This document shows, piece after piece, positions 49,801 to 60,274 of a stretch of 64,000 nt of DNA. A model generated the notes under the pieces. That model was not told where the DNA came from. It saw nothing but the letters and a program-made list of their open reading frames with translations, and ran no database searches. This stretch comes from Terriglobia bacterium (GTDB lineage Bacteria > Acidobacteriota > Terriglobia > 20CM-2-55-15), in contig CBDCLE010000010.1 of the NCBI GenBank assembly GCA_965218585.1, positions 96,001 to 160,000 of the forward strand, given 5' to 3'. The position numbers and the translations under genes were made by a program. Numbering within the stretch: position 1 is the first letter of the stretch; every line of letters starts with the position of its first letter.

Positions 49801-50139
49801 CTAGCTGCTCACCGCCGCGTTCAACACATCACCGACCCACTGATTCAAACTCTTTCCAGCAGCGGTTGCAGCTTCTACCGCCTGCTGGTGCAGGTCCGGT
49901 GGTATGCGGATAGTGAATTTGCCAGAAAATTCCTTGCGCGGTTCTATTCCACGTTGCTCGCATGCTTTCAGAAAGACCTTAAGGGAGGTCGCTCCTTCCT
50001 TACGTAGTCCCTTAATATCGGAAGCGTAGAAGTCAGCTCCGCCGTTCAGCCCGATAAATTCCCCACGGAGCATATCGATGTCTGGATCATAGTTGACAAC
50101 TGCCTTGAAGCCGCCGATGTTCAATGTGTTGCTCATCAT
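49801..50139 (-). CDS. hicB: HicB family antitoxin
   Basis: YDPDIDMLRGEFIGLNGGADFYA, FSGKF.IRIPPDLH and GKSLNQW motifs. Confidence 0.93.
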   Translation of the reverse strand: MMSNTLNIGGFKAVVNYDPDIDMLRGEFIGLNGGADFYASDIKGLRKEGATSLKVFLKACEQRGIEPRKEFSGKFTIRIPPDLHQQAVEAATAAGKSLNQWVGDVLNAAVSS

Positions 50140-50390
50140 GGTGTTACTCCGTTTGCTTTCAGCCAATCTCTAACGCTTCCAACAGCACCTTTATCGGTGG
50201 AAGGGCCAGGGTGAGGGCGATGGTACACCCGCACCTCGCCAAACAGAAAAACCACTACGCGGCTTCCTTCACGCTCCTCCAATTCAGCACCCAATCCCTT
50301 CAGCAAGCCCTTAATATCAACCCACTTTACGTTACCGCTAACAGGGCGGCTGAAGATCAGTTGGAGCGTCTTTTGGTGCTTGCGGTTCAT
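50136..50390 (-). CDS. hicA: HicA family toxin
   Basis: MNRKHQKTL..IF, EREGSRV and HRPHP motifs; ATGA overlap with hicB. Confidence 0.93.
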   Translation of the reverse strand: MNRKHQKTLQLIFSRPVSGNVKWVDIKGLLKGLGAELEEREGSRVVVFLFGEVRVYHRPHPGPSTDKGAVGSVRDWLKANGVTP

Positions 50391-50398
50391 GTCATTAC

Positions 50399-50419
50399 TG
50401 GTACCAGTATATGGTACCA
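50399..50419. promoter_or_regulatory. Probable hicAB operator
   Basis: tggtacca-gtata-tggtacca directly upstream of hicA. Confidence 0.6.
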
Positions 50420-50441
50420 TCTCGTGGCGGTCAACGTACAC

Positions 50442-50749
50442 AGCGTTGTTGCATGGATCGGGGCGGAGATGGAATTCCCCCTTGCCCCAAGCGGTAGCGT
50501 CAGGCGGTGCGTTCGAACACAGGCCGTCCGAGTGCGGTCATTGTGTTCAGGACTTTCTGGCCGAGTTGGCTCCCGTGATCTGGCTGGAGAAGCTGCGGGA
50601 TTGGAGTCTGGGGCCGATGACGCTCTTCCAACGGCCGATCTGCGTTTCTGCCGTCGGGCTGCGTTGAACTTATGCGGCATCTAAGTTATCCCTGGTGTTG
50701 AAAAACACAATGATAAGGCATCCTTCGGGATGATCCATGCAACAAGGTC
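50442..50749 (-). mobile_element. Internally deleted IS5-family (IS903 group) element, MITE-like
   Basis: IRs ttgttgcatggatc / gatccatgcaacaa; N-terminus MPHKFNAARR joined out of frame to C-terminus ETQIGRWKSVIG...LNTMTALGRPVFER. Confidence 0.8.
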
Positions 50750-51029
50750 CCCAATGAGCATCATCACTCCCCCTGTCGGGGTGTCGCAAAAGTCCCACGA
50801 CCCCGTAGAATTGCAACAATGACTTGTGCGACAGGGTTTTGCAACGCAATCCGCGTCCTGATCCTGCGTCGTGAGCCTTCCCCGTTACCTGTCGCGGAAC
50901 CGACCGTTTTGCGACGGTCGCACTCACGGCCTTAGACACCATGGATTGACCTGCCCTGGCCTCGTACGCGTGGGTTATGTTGCGGGGCGAGGAACCTTCG
51001 ACACAGAGCCACAACGAGGAGGGCAGGTC

Positions 51030-52160
51030 ATGAACAAGTGTAGTGCATACGTTGGACTGGACGTTCACAAGGACACGATCGCGGTGGCGGTAGCGCTGCC
51101 CGGACGTGAGGCGCCGGTGTACCGGGGCGAGATCAAGAATCAACGCAAATCGCTGCTGCGACTCATTCGCAGCCTGAGTCCGCACGCAGAGGTGTTGAGC
51201 TTCTGCTACGAGGCGGGACCGTGCGGGTATGGGGTGTATCGAGAGATCATCGACACCGGCCACTATTGCGAGGTGGTCGCGCCGAGCCTGATCCCGCGGC
51301 GCGCGGGGGAGCGAGTGAAGACGGATCGGCGCGACGCGGTGAAGCTGGCGCGGCTGCATCGGTCGGGGGAGCTGACGGCGGTGTGGGTGCCCGACGAGGA
51401 GCAGGAGGCGATGCGCGACCTGACGCGGGCGCGCGAGGACATGAAGGCGATCGAGGCCAAGGCTCGGCAGCGACTGGGGGTGTTTCTGCTGCGTCATGAT
51501 CGAGTGTATCGGGAAGGCAAGAGCCGGTGGACGCAATGGCACTTTCGGTGGCTGGAGGAGCAGCGGTTCGAGCATCCGGTACAGCAGGTGGTGTTTCAGG
51601 AATACGTCGATACGGTGATGGAGGCGCGCCGCCGCGTGGCGGGCCTGGAAGGGCAGATGCGCGAGGTGTTGGAGCAGTGGTCGCTGCGTCCGATGGTCGA
51701 GGCGCTGATCGCGTTGCGCGGGGTGGATGTGGTCACGGCCATGACGGTGCTGGCCGAACTCGGGGACCTGACGCGTTTTGACTCGCCGCGCGAGTTGATG
51801 AGCTTTCTGGGGCTGGTGCCGAGCGAGCACTCCTCGGGGCCGCGGCGGCGCCAAGGAGCCATCACGAAAACAGGCAATGGACACGTGCGCCGCGTGCTGG
51901 TTGAATCGGCCTGGAGCTACCGGTTCCCTGCGCGCAAAACCAGGCACTTGAGATGCAAGGCGAGTGCGGCGCCGCCAGCAGTGCAGGCCATCGCCTGGGC
52001 AGCCCAGAAGCGGCTGTGTGCGCGGTACCGGCATCTGTATAGCGCGGGCAAGGCGAAGTGCGTGGTCACCACCGCGGTGGCCCGCGAGCTGGTGGGGTTC
52101 ATCTGGGCGATTGCTTGCGAGGTGATGGGCCGAGCCCATGCAACGCGGGCGCGGAGCTGA
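51030..52160 (+). CDS. IS110-family DEDD recombinase
   Basis: YVGLDVHK, YEAGPCG, KTDRRDA, GLVPSEHSSG and AVAREL motifs. Confidence 0.95.
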   Translation: MNKCSAYVGLDVHKDTIAVAVALPGREAPVYRGEIKNQRKSLLRLIRSLSPHAEVLSFCYEAGPCGYGVYREIIDTGHYCEVVAPSLIPRRAGERVKTDRRDAVKLARLHRSGELTAVWVPDEEQEAMRDLTRAREDMKAIEAKARQRLGVFLLRHDRVYREGKSRWTQWHFRWLEEQRFEHPVQQVVFQEYVDTVMEARRRVAGLEGQMREVLEQWSLRPMVEALIALRGVDVVTAMTVLAELGDLTRFDSPRELMSFLGLVPSEHSSGPRRRQGAITKTGNGHVRRVLVESAWSYRFPARKTRHLRCKASAAPPAVQAIAWAAQKRLCARYRHLYSAGKAKCVVTTAVARELVGFIWAIACEVMGRAHATRARS

Positions 52161-52314
52161 GAGATGGGCCGGAGTTCTCCACACCTTGCCACTGCTCCGC
52201 CGTGTATTCGAAGCACGCGGTGCCATGGACAAGGTGTGGAAAACTCCTCCGACGCCTCCCCGGGCGCAATGCCATCATGCGCTTCCAGAGCAAGGCTGGA
52301 CCCAAAAAACGTAA

Positions 52315-52512
52315 TGTGTTGGATTCAGGGCGTGGCAGGCCGGTGAGGAGAATCCTCGTGCACGCTATGAGAGGCTTGGCTCAGCCAGACCGACCCACGT
52401 CCTTAGACCGAGGCAGCTCCGCGACGAAGTGATGTCAGGTGGTAGCCAACCCACGAATATCAGAGTGATCCACCGTCGCGAATCATGCCGGCCGCGCCCT
52501 GAATCCAGCACA
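52315..52512 (+). ncRNA. Putative bridge/seek RNA of the IS1111-type element (second copy ~38869-39066)
   Basis: Closing stem tgtgttggattcagggcg / cgccctgaatccagcaca encloses segments matching the target (tgcacgct, ccttag) and donor (gatgtc, atatcag). Confidence 0.7.
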
Positions 52513-53432
52513 TTGAAGGAGGCGCATTCGAGAAACGTAACGGAAGCTTGACAGGGTCAATCCATATCAGCGTGCAAAATCGCACCGATCTGCCTGATAC
52601 CCTATCTTCACCACACTGCCGGTGGTGCCGGTGACCCAGTGATTTTCAGGCGATAGCGTGAGTGGGGTTGACTGCGGCGTGGATTGCAGCTGGATGAATC
52701 CTTCCGTCGCTTGTCCGAGTCTGGCGATGCGCTCGACATGGCTTGTTTCCAGCTTGCCTATGCGATCAACTCACCTGACTCCACCTTACCTGCGCGCTCG
52801 CGCAGGGCGGCAATGTCCCTGGAACGCGCTTAAGCTTCGGGTCCCACCTCTTCAGGCGAGATCCAGGCGAGCAACAGGCGGGGCCGATTGCCGCAGGGCA
52901 GATGGGTGTCGATCCCGGCGGACATCCCGAGCGTGCAGGGTCCGTTGCGCCGGACATACCGATACCGGTGACCGGGGGTGGGTGCGGGGCAGAGAACACG
53001 GTGCCAGGAGCCGCGCCATGAAACCCGGATCGGGAACCGCTTCACTGGCCCCGTCAAGCGGGTCCCGCTGATCGAAACGGGAGAAAGGGCGCTGCGCCTG
53101 GGGTGAGTGCTCGGGGGCTTGCTTCACAAGCCCGTCCGAGAGCAAAAGGGATGACCCCGGCCGCCGGGTTCCGATCGATATGTTTGCGCCGGGCCGAAGA
53201 ACCGAACCGACGATCCTTCTATAGAAGGGTACTGACCAGATTCGTGTAGAGTCGCGGGGAGGCGCGTAGCCGGTAGGGGGCGGTGGTGAACGGGGCGACC
53301 GCTGACGCTGACCTACGACGAGGCGCTGGACGTAAGTTCGACGCCGGTGGCGCTCGCCTTCACGGTGAATGTCCAAGGCGCCGAACGGAGGGTGTCCAGG
53401 GTCGCGGTGAGCGACGGCTTCTCGATCCGCTC

Positions 53433-53993
53433 CTACTTGTCCTCGGCCTTGCCAAGGCTTTGATACTTCTTTGCGAAGCGGGCTTCCATCTTCTTAATCT
53501 TCTCCGATCGTTCTGAATGACGCTGCATGACCTTCTCGCCCGCAGGCTTCGCGTATTGCTCGTCTTCAGTGATTCGCTCTCCGTCGTAGAACATCCAGGC
53601 CCACTGCAGCATGGCCTTAATAAAATCTGGATGGTCGGGCACCAAGATATCGTGGTTCGCGATCGCCTTCAGGATCGCACCGAGAGCGGCAACGTCTGGA
53701 TCGAGCGGCACTTGGTCCTCAGCCCCTTCATCCATATGCTTCAGGTCATTGATCTTCAGCGTGTCGTTAATGTGCTTGGCAAACTTCGCCTTCGCTGGTG
53801 TTGTCCCAGATATAACCTCCGTAACTCCAATTGCGTAGTCTGCGAACGGTTGCTTTCCTGCTTTCAGAACAAGACCGTGAAGGATGCCGTCGGCAGCACC
53901 CGCCAACGTGATTGCAGAGATCCTGTCCCTGCGGCTCACAAACAGACCGATTGCAGTCTCAAGTTGGCGTTGCGCCAGCTCCAATTTGGTCAT
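53433..53993 (-). CDS. Hypothetical protein
   Basis: 186-aa ORF with natural composition, MTKLELAQRQLETAIGLF...ITLAGAADGIL...NDLKH. Confidence 0.7.
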   Translation of the reverse strand: MTKLELAQRQLETAIGLFVSRRDRISAITLAGAADGILHGLVLKAGKQPFADYAIGVTEVISGTTPAKAKFAKHINDTLKINDLKHMDEGAEDQVPLDPDVAALGAILKAIANHDILVPDHPDFIKAMLQWAWMFYDGERITEDEQYAKPAGEKVMQRHSERSEKIKKMEARFAKKYQSLGKAEDK

Positions 53994-54408
53994 CGTTGTT
54001 TCAGCCAACTCCGACCTCCAAAGTCTGATCGACACACCAAGATTTGTGGGTTGGCTTGAGATGACGGCGCAACCGCCCCTCCAGTTAGGGACCGTAGCGC
54101 TGGACCCAGTGCCAGATTGTCGTGTGGTCTGCCTTCAGGCCGCGCTCGCCGAGGAGCTTTTTGACATCGCGGAACAAGAGCGAGTACCGCAGGTATCAGC
54201 GCACAGCGCAAAGAATCAGCTCGGGCTCGGTTTGTCGCCACTTGAAGATCACCGGTCGGATTGTCTTTTTCATGATCTCTTCAGTTTACCCGCCGCCGTC
54301 GGCCAAAGTTGCACCACAATCGATGCACAGTCTTTATTTTGCTGGCACGTATTGCTAGCATATATTGGGATTGCAAGTCGATACAACGTCCGACAAGGAG
54401 ACGCCGCG

Positions 54409-54666
54409 ATGAATTCCACCATCACCGTCCGCGATATCGATCCAGGAGATAAGTCCTGGCTCAAACACGAAGCCCGCCATGTCGGTGTTTCGATGGAAGA
54501 GTTCGTGCGCCGCCTCATTCGCGAGGAGCGCGAGAAGCGCGAACGATCTACAAAGCCTTCCGAGGCCTTCAAGCGATATTTCGGTCCTGAGCACGGGGTC
54601 GAGCTGCCGGCGTCCGCGCGTTACTCCTACACGCCGGTCGAGTTTTCCGACGAGAGCAAAACGTGA
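54409..54666 (+). CDS. FitA-like ribbon-helix-helix antitoxin
   Basis: RBS aaggag; TITVRDID...A...GVSMEE.VR.LI; GTGA overlap with the PIN toxin. Confidence 0.85.
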   Translation: MNSTITVRDIDPGDKSWLKHEARHVGVSMEEFVRRLIREEREKRERSTKPSEAFKRYFGPEHGVELPASARYSYTPVEFSDESKT

Positions 54667-55106
54667 CCGCGCCCGTCGCCTGGCTCCTCGACACGAACAC
54701 TATCTCGGAAATGATGCGGCCGAAGCCGGAACCGCAGGTTGCCAAGTTTCTCGATAGGATCGCCGGGGAAGGAATAGGTCTGGCCTCCATCACCGTCTGG
54801 GAAATCCTCAACGGCATTGGCCGTCTCGACCCTGGCCGGCGGCGGGACGATCTTGTCGAGCGGTTTCAAGGCCTTCTCGACGAGCTTTTCGAAGGACGAA
54901 TATTCGATTGGACCCTGGCCGACGCCCAGGCCTGTGCCCGCATCATGGAAGAAAAACGGCGACAGGGCGAACCGCTCGACGACCACCTACCGGATGCCTT
55001 TCTCGCGGCAGCGGCGGCCTGTCGCGGGCTCGCCGTCGTCACGCGGAACGCAGGCGAGTTTCGAAACACCGGCATCGAGGTCATCGACCCGTGGGACGTC
55101 ACTTAG
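54663..55106 (+). CDS. vapC: VapC/FitB PIN-domain toxin
   Basis: LLDTNTISE, ITVWEI..G, DAFLAA.A and VTRN..EF motifs. Confidence 0.92.
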   Translation: MTAPVAWLLDTNTISEMMRPKPEPQVAKFLDRIAGEGIGLASITVWEILNGIGRLDPGRRRDDLVERFQGLLDELFEGRIFDWTLADAQACARIMEEKRRQGEPLDDHLPDAFLAAAAACRGLAVVTRNAGEFRNTGIEVIDPWDVT

Positions 55107-55252
55107 CGATAAGGGAAAGGTTTGAGTGACAGCTTTTAAAAAACCATAATGGAATTCAGGAAAAGAGAAAAACAGCGCATTGAACCGTTGAAGTCGAATC
55201 TATTTTCCGCGGAGGCCTCGGAACCCCGGAGATATATAGGAGACCGGCGCGA

Positions 55253-55336
55253 CTTCTGCCTTCTCCAACTCCTTCAGCCGTTTCAACTGATCCGCCTTCG
55301 GCCCGCTGTAGTTCTTGCGCCAGCGGTAGAATGTCA
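55253..55336 (-). pseudogene. IS3-family OrfA fragment
   Basis: RC translates TFYRWRKNYSGPKADQLKRLKELEK. Confidence 0.7.
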
Positions 55337-55603
55337 CTGTGGGGGCTTTCGACTTCATTCAAGCAATTTGGAAAAATGGAAAAGAAGATACCAAGTTCAA
55401 AGGGGCGTCGCAACGCTACTTTCGAATTAAACATAGGCAAGTCCGTCAAGGGCTGCGGCCGGCGTGAGGACGGCCAGCTCCGCAGTGCCGTCATCGCGGC
55501 GGCGGCCCTGATCGCCTTCACGCTGGCCGGGAACCGCCCCCGCCTTCACCGCCGCGCAGGCCGGGGTCTCCGGGCTAATAAGTTCTTCTTGCTTCCATGC
55601 GGC

Positions 55604-55631
55604 GGCCTCTGCGTCTTTGCGCCTCAGCGTT
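55604..55631 (-). repeat. Short aacgcagaggcgcagag-type repeat
   Basis: RC aacgctgaggcgcaaagacgcagagg resembles 62981-63006. Confidence 0.5.
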
Positions 55632-55790
55632 AGCAACGCAGCATCGAACTCGGAAATGTTGACTCGAAGAGTACGATTGTGCTACCTAAACTATTGTGGA
55701 GAAGCGACTAAGGGAACCATCCTGGGTGGTCGAGCCGCAAGCGGCATCCAGCGACATTCGAGAGTCAACGCAATATCTTGGGGGTCATCC

Positions 55791-57605
55791 GTGGATCGAC
55801 GCCACAGCCGCTCCATTTTCGTCCTCGTTCTAATCCTCCCTGTTCTGAGTTCCTGCGGCCGCTCGACCCGCCCGTTGACGCAAGCCCCGCCACCCATCGA
55901 CACTTCGACTCCAGCAGCGAATCGGCGGCCGGTCGCCCTCGACCCGCTGGCGCAGGTATTGATCAACGCGCGGGATCACACCCAGCGCGGGGAACGACTG
56001 CTGCGGGACGGCAACGTGAACGAAGCCCGTGACGCTTTTGAAACGGCTCTCGAAGTCTTGCGGGCCTACACGCCAACCAGGTCCCGAAGCTTCGAGTTCG
56101 AGCGCGAGATCGATTTCCTGAACATGCGCCTGGCCGCTCTGGGACCGACACCGGTTGCCGAGCCGGCCATGATCGACGATCTGGCGACGCTCGACGCCCC
56201 CATTGAGGATGGGTATGCGGCACTGCGCGAGAGAACCGCTTCGGATATCGCATCGATCACTTCCGATCTCCCGATCCAACTCCACCACCGGGTTCTGGAA
56301 CTCCTGATCTATTTCACCGAAGGGCGCGGACGCCGAGCGATCGAATTGGGGCTGAGGCGGGTCGGCCTGTACCGGCCCCTGATCCAGCGGATCCTGAACG
56401 AAGAAGGACTGCCGCAGGATCTGGTCTATCTGGCCCAGGCTGAAAGTGCTTTCAAACCGGAGGCCCTCTCCCGGGCCCAGGCAAAGGGAATGTGGCAATT
56501 CATTGCCTCGCGGGGTCGCGAATACGAGCTGCGGCAGAACTGGTGGATTGACGAACGGTCCGACCCGGAGAAGTCGACGCGGGCAGCCGCGCGGCATCTC
56601 AAGGACCTGTATCAGGAATTCGGTCACTGGTACCTGGCGATGGCGGCCTACAACGCCGGCCCTGCGAGGGTGAGTCGCGCGGTGGAGCAAGCCAGCTCGC
56701 GAGATTTTTGGGCGCTGGCCGACCGTAAGCTTCTTCCGCAGGAAACGCGCAACTACGTTCCGACCATTCTGGCTATGACGATCATCGGCAAGAACCCGGC
56801 CCGATACGGCTTCGCTGTTCGGCCTGCGGATCCAATCGAGATGGAGCGCGTCCGCGTCCCACATGCCACCGATTTGCGAGTCATTGCGGAGAATCTCAAC
56901 CTTTCAGTCGAACGGATCCAGGAACTGAACCCCCATGTCCTGCGATGGGCAACGCCACCCGATGACGACGAATTCGAATTAAATGTCCCTGTTGGACTGG
57001 CAGCCCAGTTCGCCGAAAAAGTCGCAACCCTGCCGGAGAGCGAACGCATCCAGTTCCATCACCATGTCGTGGCCAATGGTGAAACACTGTCGCAACTGGT
57101 GAACCGTTACGGCGTGTCCATGACGTTGATTACCGGAACGAACGGGATCGCAAACCAGAACATGATTCGGGCCGGACAGACCCTGGTGATCCCTGTCAGG
57201 GGTGTGTCGCGGGCCGACGGCGGGGCCGAAACCCCGGCAGTGGCACCGGCGTCTTCCACCGACCGTCCGGCTGCGTATCAGATCCGGCGCGGGGACACAT
57301 TGATCGGCATCGCAACCCGCTTCGCGTTGTCAATCAATGAGATCAAGGCTTGGAACGGCATGTCGTCCAACCTCTTGATCGCGGGTCAAAGTCTGCGCCT
57401 TCCTCCCGCATCGACCCCGCCGACGAGTTCCGGAAATGCCACCCGGACCGAGCGTGTCGTGTACCAGGTCCGGCCTGGCGATACGCTCTTCCAAATCGCC
57501 ATGTTTTACCGCACTTCGGTGGACGATATCCGCGCCTGGAACCCCGATTCAGACTTGTCGGTCATCCGGCCAGGCGACCAGATCACGATCCATATGCCCC
57601 GCTAG
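55791..57605 (+). CDS. MltD-like lytic transglycosylase lipoprotein with three LysM domains
   Basis: Lipobox LSSC; AESAF, GMWQF, AAYNAG and ETRNYVP motifs; LysM GETL/GDTL repeats; start codon uncertain. Confidence 0.92.
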   Translation: MDRRHSRSIFVLVLILPVLSSCGRSTRPLTQAPPPIDTSTPAANRRPVALDPLAQVLINARDHTQRGERLLRDGNVNEARDAFETALEVLRAYTPTRSRSFEFEREIDFLNMRLAALGPTPVAEPAMIDDLATLDAPIEDGYAALRERTASDIASITSDLPIQLHHRVLELLIYFTEGRGRRAIELGLRRVGLYRPLIQRILNEEGLPQDLVYLAQAESAFKPEALSRAQAKGMWQFIASRGREYELRQNWWIDERSDPEKSTRAAARHLKDLYQEFGHWYLAMAAYNAGPARVSRAVEQASSRDFWALADRKLLPQETRNYVPTILAMTIIGKNPARYGFAVRPADPIEMERVRVPHATDLRVIAENLNLSVERIQELNPHVLRWATPPDDDEFELNVPVGLAAQFAEKVATLPESERIQFHHHVVANGETLSQLVNRYGVSMTLITGTNGIANQNMIRAGQTLVIPVRGVSRADGGAETPAVAPASSTDRPAAYQIRRGDTLIGIATRFALSINEIKAWNGMSSNLLIAGQSLRLPPASTPPTSSGNATRTERVVYQVRPGDTLFQIAMFYRTSVDDIRAWNPDSDLSVIRPGDQITIHMPR

Positions 57606-57741
57606 TGGTCCCGGTCACAATGACGGCAGATCCAGAAGACCCGGCCACAGCCGGGCCACCGGGAAGACCGACTGCGGTCGCCCGGCAACTTCATATCGAC
57701 TGTACTTCCGCGCGGCGTATTCTAATAGAAAGGATTCGACC

Positions 57742-58134
57742 ATGAATGGTCCATCGATACAGTTCCATAAGATCTGGATTGAACAGTGTAGGGCGACTGA
57801 GGATATCCGTGAACGCTTCGGGCTCGAAGATGCCATACGCTATCTGATCGGAGAAAAACTGCTCGACTTCGTTCGCGCTTCGGAAGACGATCCCGACTTC
57901 GCGAAGGAGTTGCCCGCGTTTGTGGCTGAGATCCGGCGGCTCTTCTCTGCTGCGGAGATTCGGGAGTTTCTGGACGATCTCGAGCGCACGAAGTTTTTGG
58001 TTCCACCAGAACCGGATCTGGAGGTGGAGGTTCTCGACGACGAAATGGACGAAGAGTCCTGGCCGGGTAATCCAGTGTTAGGCGCAGAGGAGTTACTTCG
58101 ATTCTCTCGTATTCGGCATCTGCTGAAGCCGTAG
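57742..58134 (+). CDS. Hypothetical protein
   Basis: RBS aagga; FHKIWIEQCRAT.DIRERFG...YLIGEKL, acidic C-terminus. Confidence 0.7.
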   Translation: MNGPSIQFHKIWIEQCRATEDIRERFGLEDAIRYLIGEKLLDFVRASEDDPDFAKELPAFVAEIRRLFSAAEIREFLDDLERTKFLVPPEPDLEVEVLDDEMDEESWPGNPVLGAEELLRFSRIRHLLKP

Positions 58135-58626
58135 TTGGCTGAACGGCAAGAAAACGAGGGAAAGAGCAGCAGATCTATCTCTGGCTCACCATAACGCGGT
58201 GCTCTGCATAATCCTCTCCAGGTTCGCTCTGAATGATCCCGGCCGCCTCAGCAGACCGCACGCCCCGAAGCTTGCGCACGAAACGCTTCACCGATTCGTA
58301 GCTGCCGGCGAATCCCTGATCGGAGACCAAGTCCTGCCAGCTGCCCATGGCATTACGGCCTCGGTCGAGCGCGTGCTCAATGATCTCGCGATAAGGTTCC
58401 GCAGAACTAGGGTACCAACCAGATTTGAACAGAAATACGTGCTAAGGGGTGTCCATCTTGAGCTTGGTGGTGTCAAATCTGACGAGGCCACGCACGAAGG
58501 CGACCTGGTAGGCGAAACCCAATCGATTGTGGCGGCCCCGCCGCAGGGCGATCTCGCGTCGGCCGGCTTCGAGAAAGCGGGCATCGCGAATCAGACGGGG
58601 GCGAGAGACGTCGGGACCGGAGACTC

Positions 58627-58930
58627 GTGAAAACCGTTGCCTATCTGAGGGTCTCGACCGTGCAACAGGACGTGCGCAGCCAGCGCTTCGCCATCCTCAA
58701 GTACGGACGCAAACACGATTTCCGCAGCGACGATTTCATCGAGGCGACCGTTTGGTCGTCAGCGAACTCTTCCGGCTCGGTCGGTCGCTGGGTCAGGTCG
58801 TCGCCATCCTCGACGCCCTCGCCAAGGCCAGGGCCTCGGGCAGGCAGCTCGGGCACCCGAAAGGCTCGCTGAGCGTCTCACGACTCAACGGCAAGGAGAA
58901 CGACATCCGGCGCTTCCTCGAGGCTTTGAG
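58627..58930 (+). pseudogene. Serine recombinase (resolvase) remnant with internal deletions
   Basis: AYLRVST.QQ, then in another frame VVSELFRLGRS and ARASGRQLGHPKG. Confidence 0.8.
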
Positions 58931-58985
58931 GTGCGGCGCGTGGAGAGGGCCAAGAAGATCGTTGCGCTTCGGCGCCTGCGGAACG

Positions 58986-59348
58986 TGTCAACAAGTTTGA
59001 GACACCTGCATTCGGAATTTAAGCTACCGTAGGCGACTCTGCGGGCGGGTTGATCCACACCTTGTCCGGCGGCCCAGCGATCTTTCTCGGTACATTGACG
59101 AAACGTTCTGGATGTTGCCGACGAGCGCGATCCAGAGCATGCTGGCGTCGTTCCAGAACCGGACCGGTCTGACCGGAATGGACCATCGCTGGGGTTAGCC
59201 AGTTCAGACCGGAATGGTAGTGGACGTTGTTGTACCAGTGGAAGAAGTCCCGGCAGAACGCCTTGGCGTCCTGGATCGAACCGAATCGTTCCGGGAAGTC
59301 AGGGCGGTACTTCAGGGTTTTGAACTGGGCTTCCGAGAACGGGTTCAT
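58986..59348 (-). mobile_element. IS3-family 3' fragment
   Basis: NPFSEAQFKTLKY...WYNNVHYHSGL..LTP; end tgtcaacaagtttgagaca. Confidence 0.85.
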
Positions 59349-59466
59349 TGCATGTCGCCAAAACGCATCCTGAAGTTTCTCAATCCGGACATCTTACAGG
59401 CGCTAACTACGGTGCGGCTGTATCGAACTGCCCCGCCGCCGGATCACCCGCTGAAGCAAGGGAGTC

Positions 59467-60118
59467 CTACCCGTTGGACTCTATCGCCTCCAGGAAGAGG
59501 TACATGCCCGAAGATGGATTGTCGTCCGGGAACTCGGTTTCGTCTCCTGCGTGCTTGGCGGTCAGGGCGCGCGCCCGTCGCGCCGCGTCAGCTCGCCGGG
59601 GGCATGTACTGCGCGCCGTCGAGTCCCTTCCCCAAACTCCTGTCGTGGTCGCGGATCAGCTTCCTGGCAGCCTGGTTGTCGAGCCATGCCGTATGGTCTT
59701 CAAAATGGAGCGCAAGCCATAACTCGAAGCACGGATTCGAAATGGCAAGTCGGACGCCGCTCTTGTTGGCCCTATCTTTGGCTTCAGGAAGCTTAGGGTG
59801 ATTCCGGGGCCATTCGACGTCAAAGAGACACCACACCTCGTCGATTTCGCCTTGCTCTCGGGAGCTGCGAGTCCGGGCTTCGGCAGCCGCTTTCACCAAG
59901 CTCAACGGCACGGCGCCACTCGCCTCCAGGTCAACACGGATATCAACCGAGGCCGAGTCGCGGACCGCTGGGTCCTGTTTCAAGGCCTTGAGGTAGTCGG
60001 GTTCGGTCTTCGTGCCTTCGCAGAACACCAGGAAGGTCCGCTTGGGAGTGCGAACGGCGACTGTGCGGCTGAGCGATCGCTTCTTGCGCGGCTTGCGTTC
60101 AGTCCGCTTGGTCATCAC
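59467..60118 (-). pseudogene. RloB-family protein with +1 frameshift in a G5 run (59598-59602)
   Basis: LVFCEG.KTEPDY, WCLFDVE and SNPCFELWL.LHF motifs; removing one base extends it to ...DDNPSSGMYLFLEAIESNG*. Confidence 0.85.
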
Positions 60119-60274
60119 GAGACTGAGAGACGAGCCCGAGGGCTCTGCGGACTGCGGTCTGGTCGACTTCTGGAATAGCCCCGAACCGACCCTGCAGGTA
60201 GGCTCTTTCCAGGTTCAGAGACCTCCTCACACGTTCGCCCCCGAACTCGGCCAGACCAACGAGGCGCGTAGTGC

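Larger units (their letters stand above)
50936..52570 (+). mobile_element. IS110-family (IS1111-type) element, complete copy
   Basis: Sub-terminal IRs atggattgacc (50941-50951) / ggtcaatccat (52555-52565); AG core at both junctions; ~410-bp 3' non-coding region. Confidence 0.92.

Noticed and set aside
37545-52232. Long antisense ORFs (37545-38786, 41469-42671, 47923-49041, 50670-52232) as genes
   Set aside because: They are shadows of high-GC transposase or receptor genes, with no recognisable motifs.
49780-55450. Integron cassette array
   Set aside because: TA genes and orphans are present, but I find no integron integrase and no convincing attC sites.
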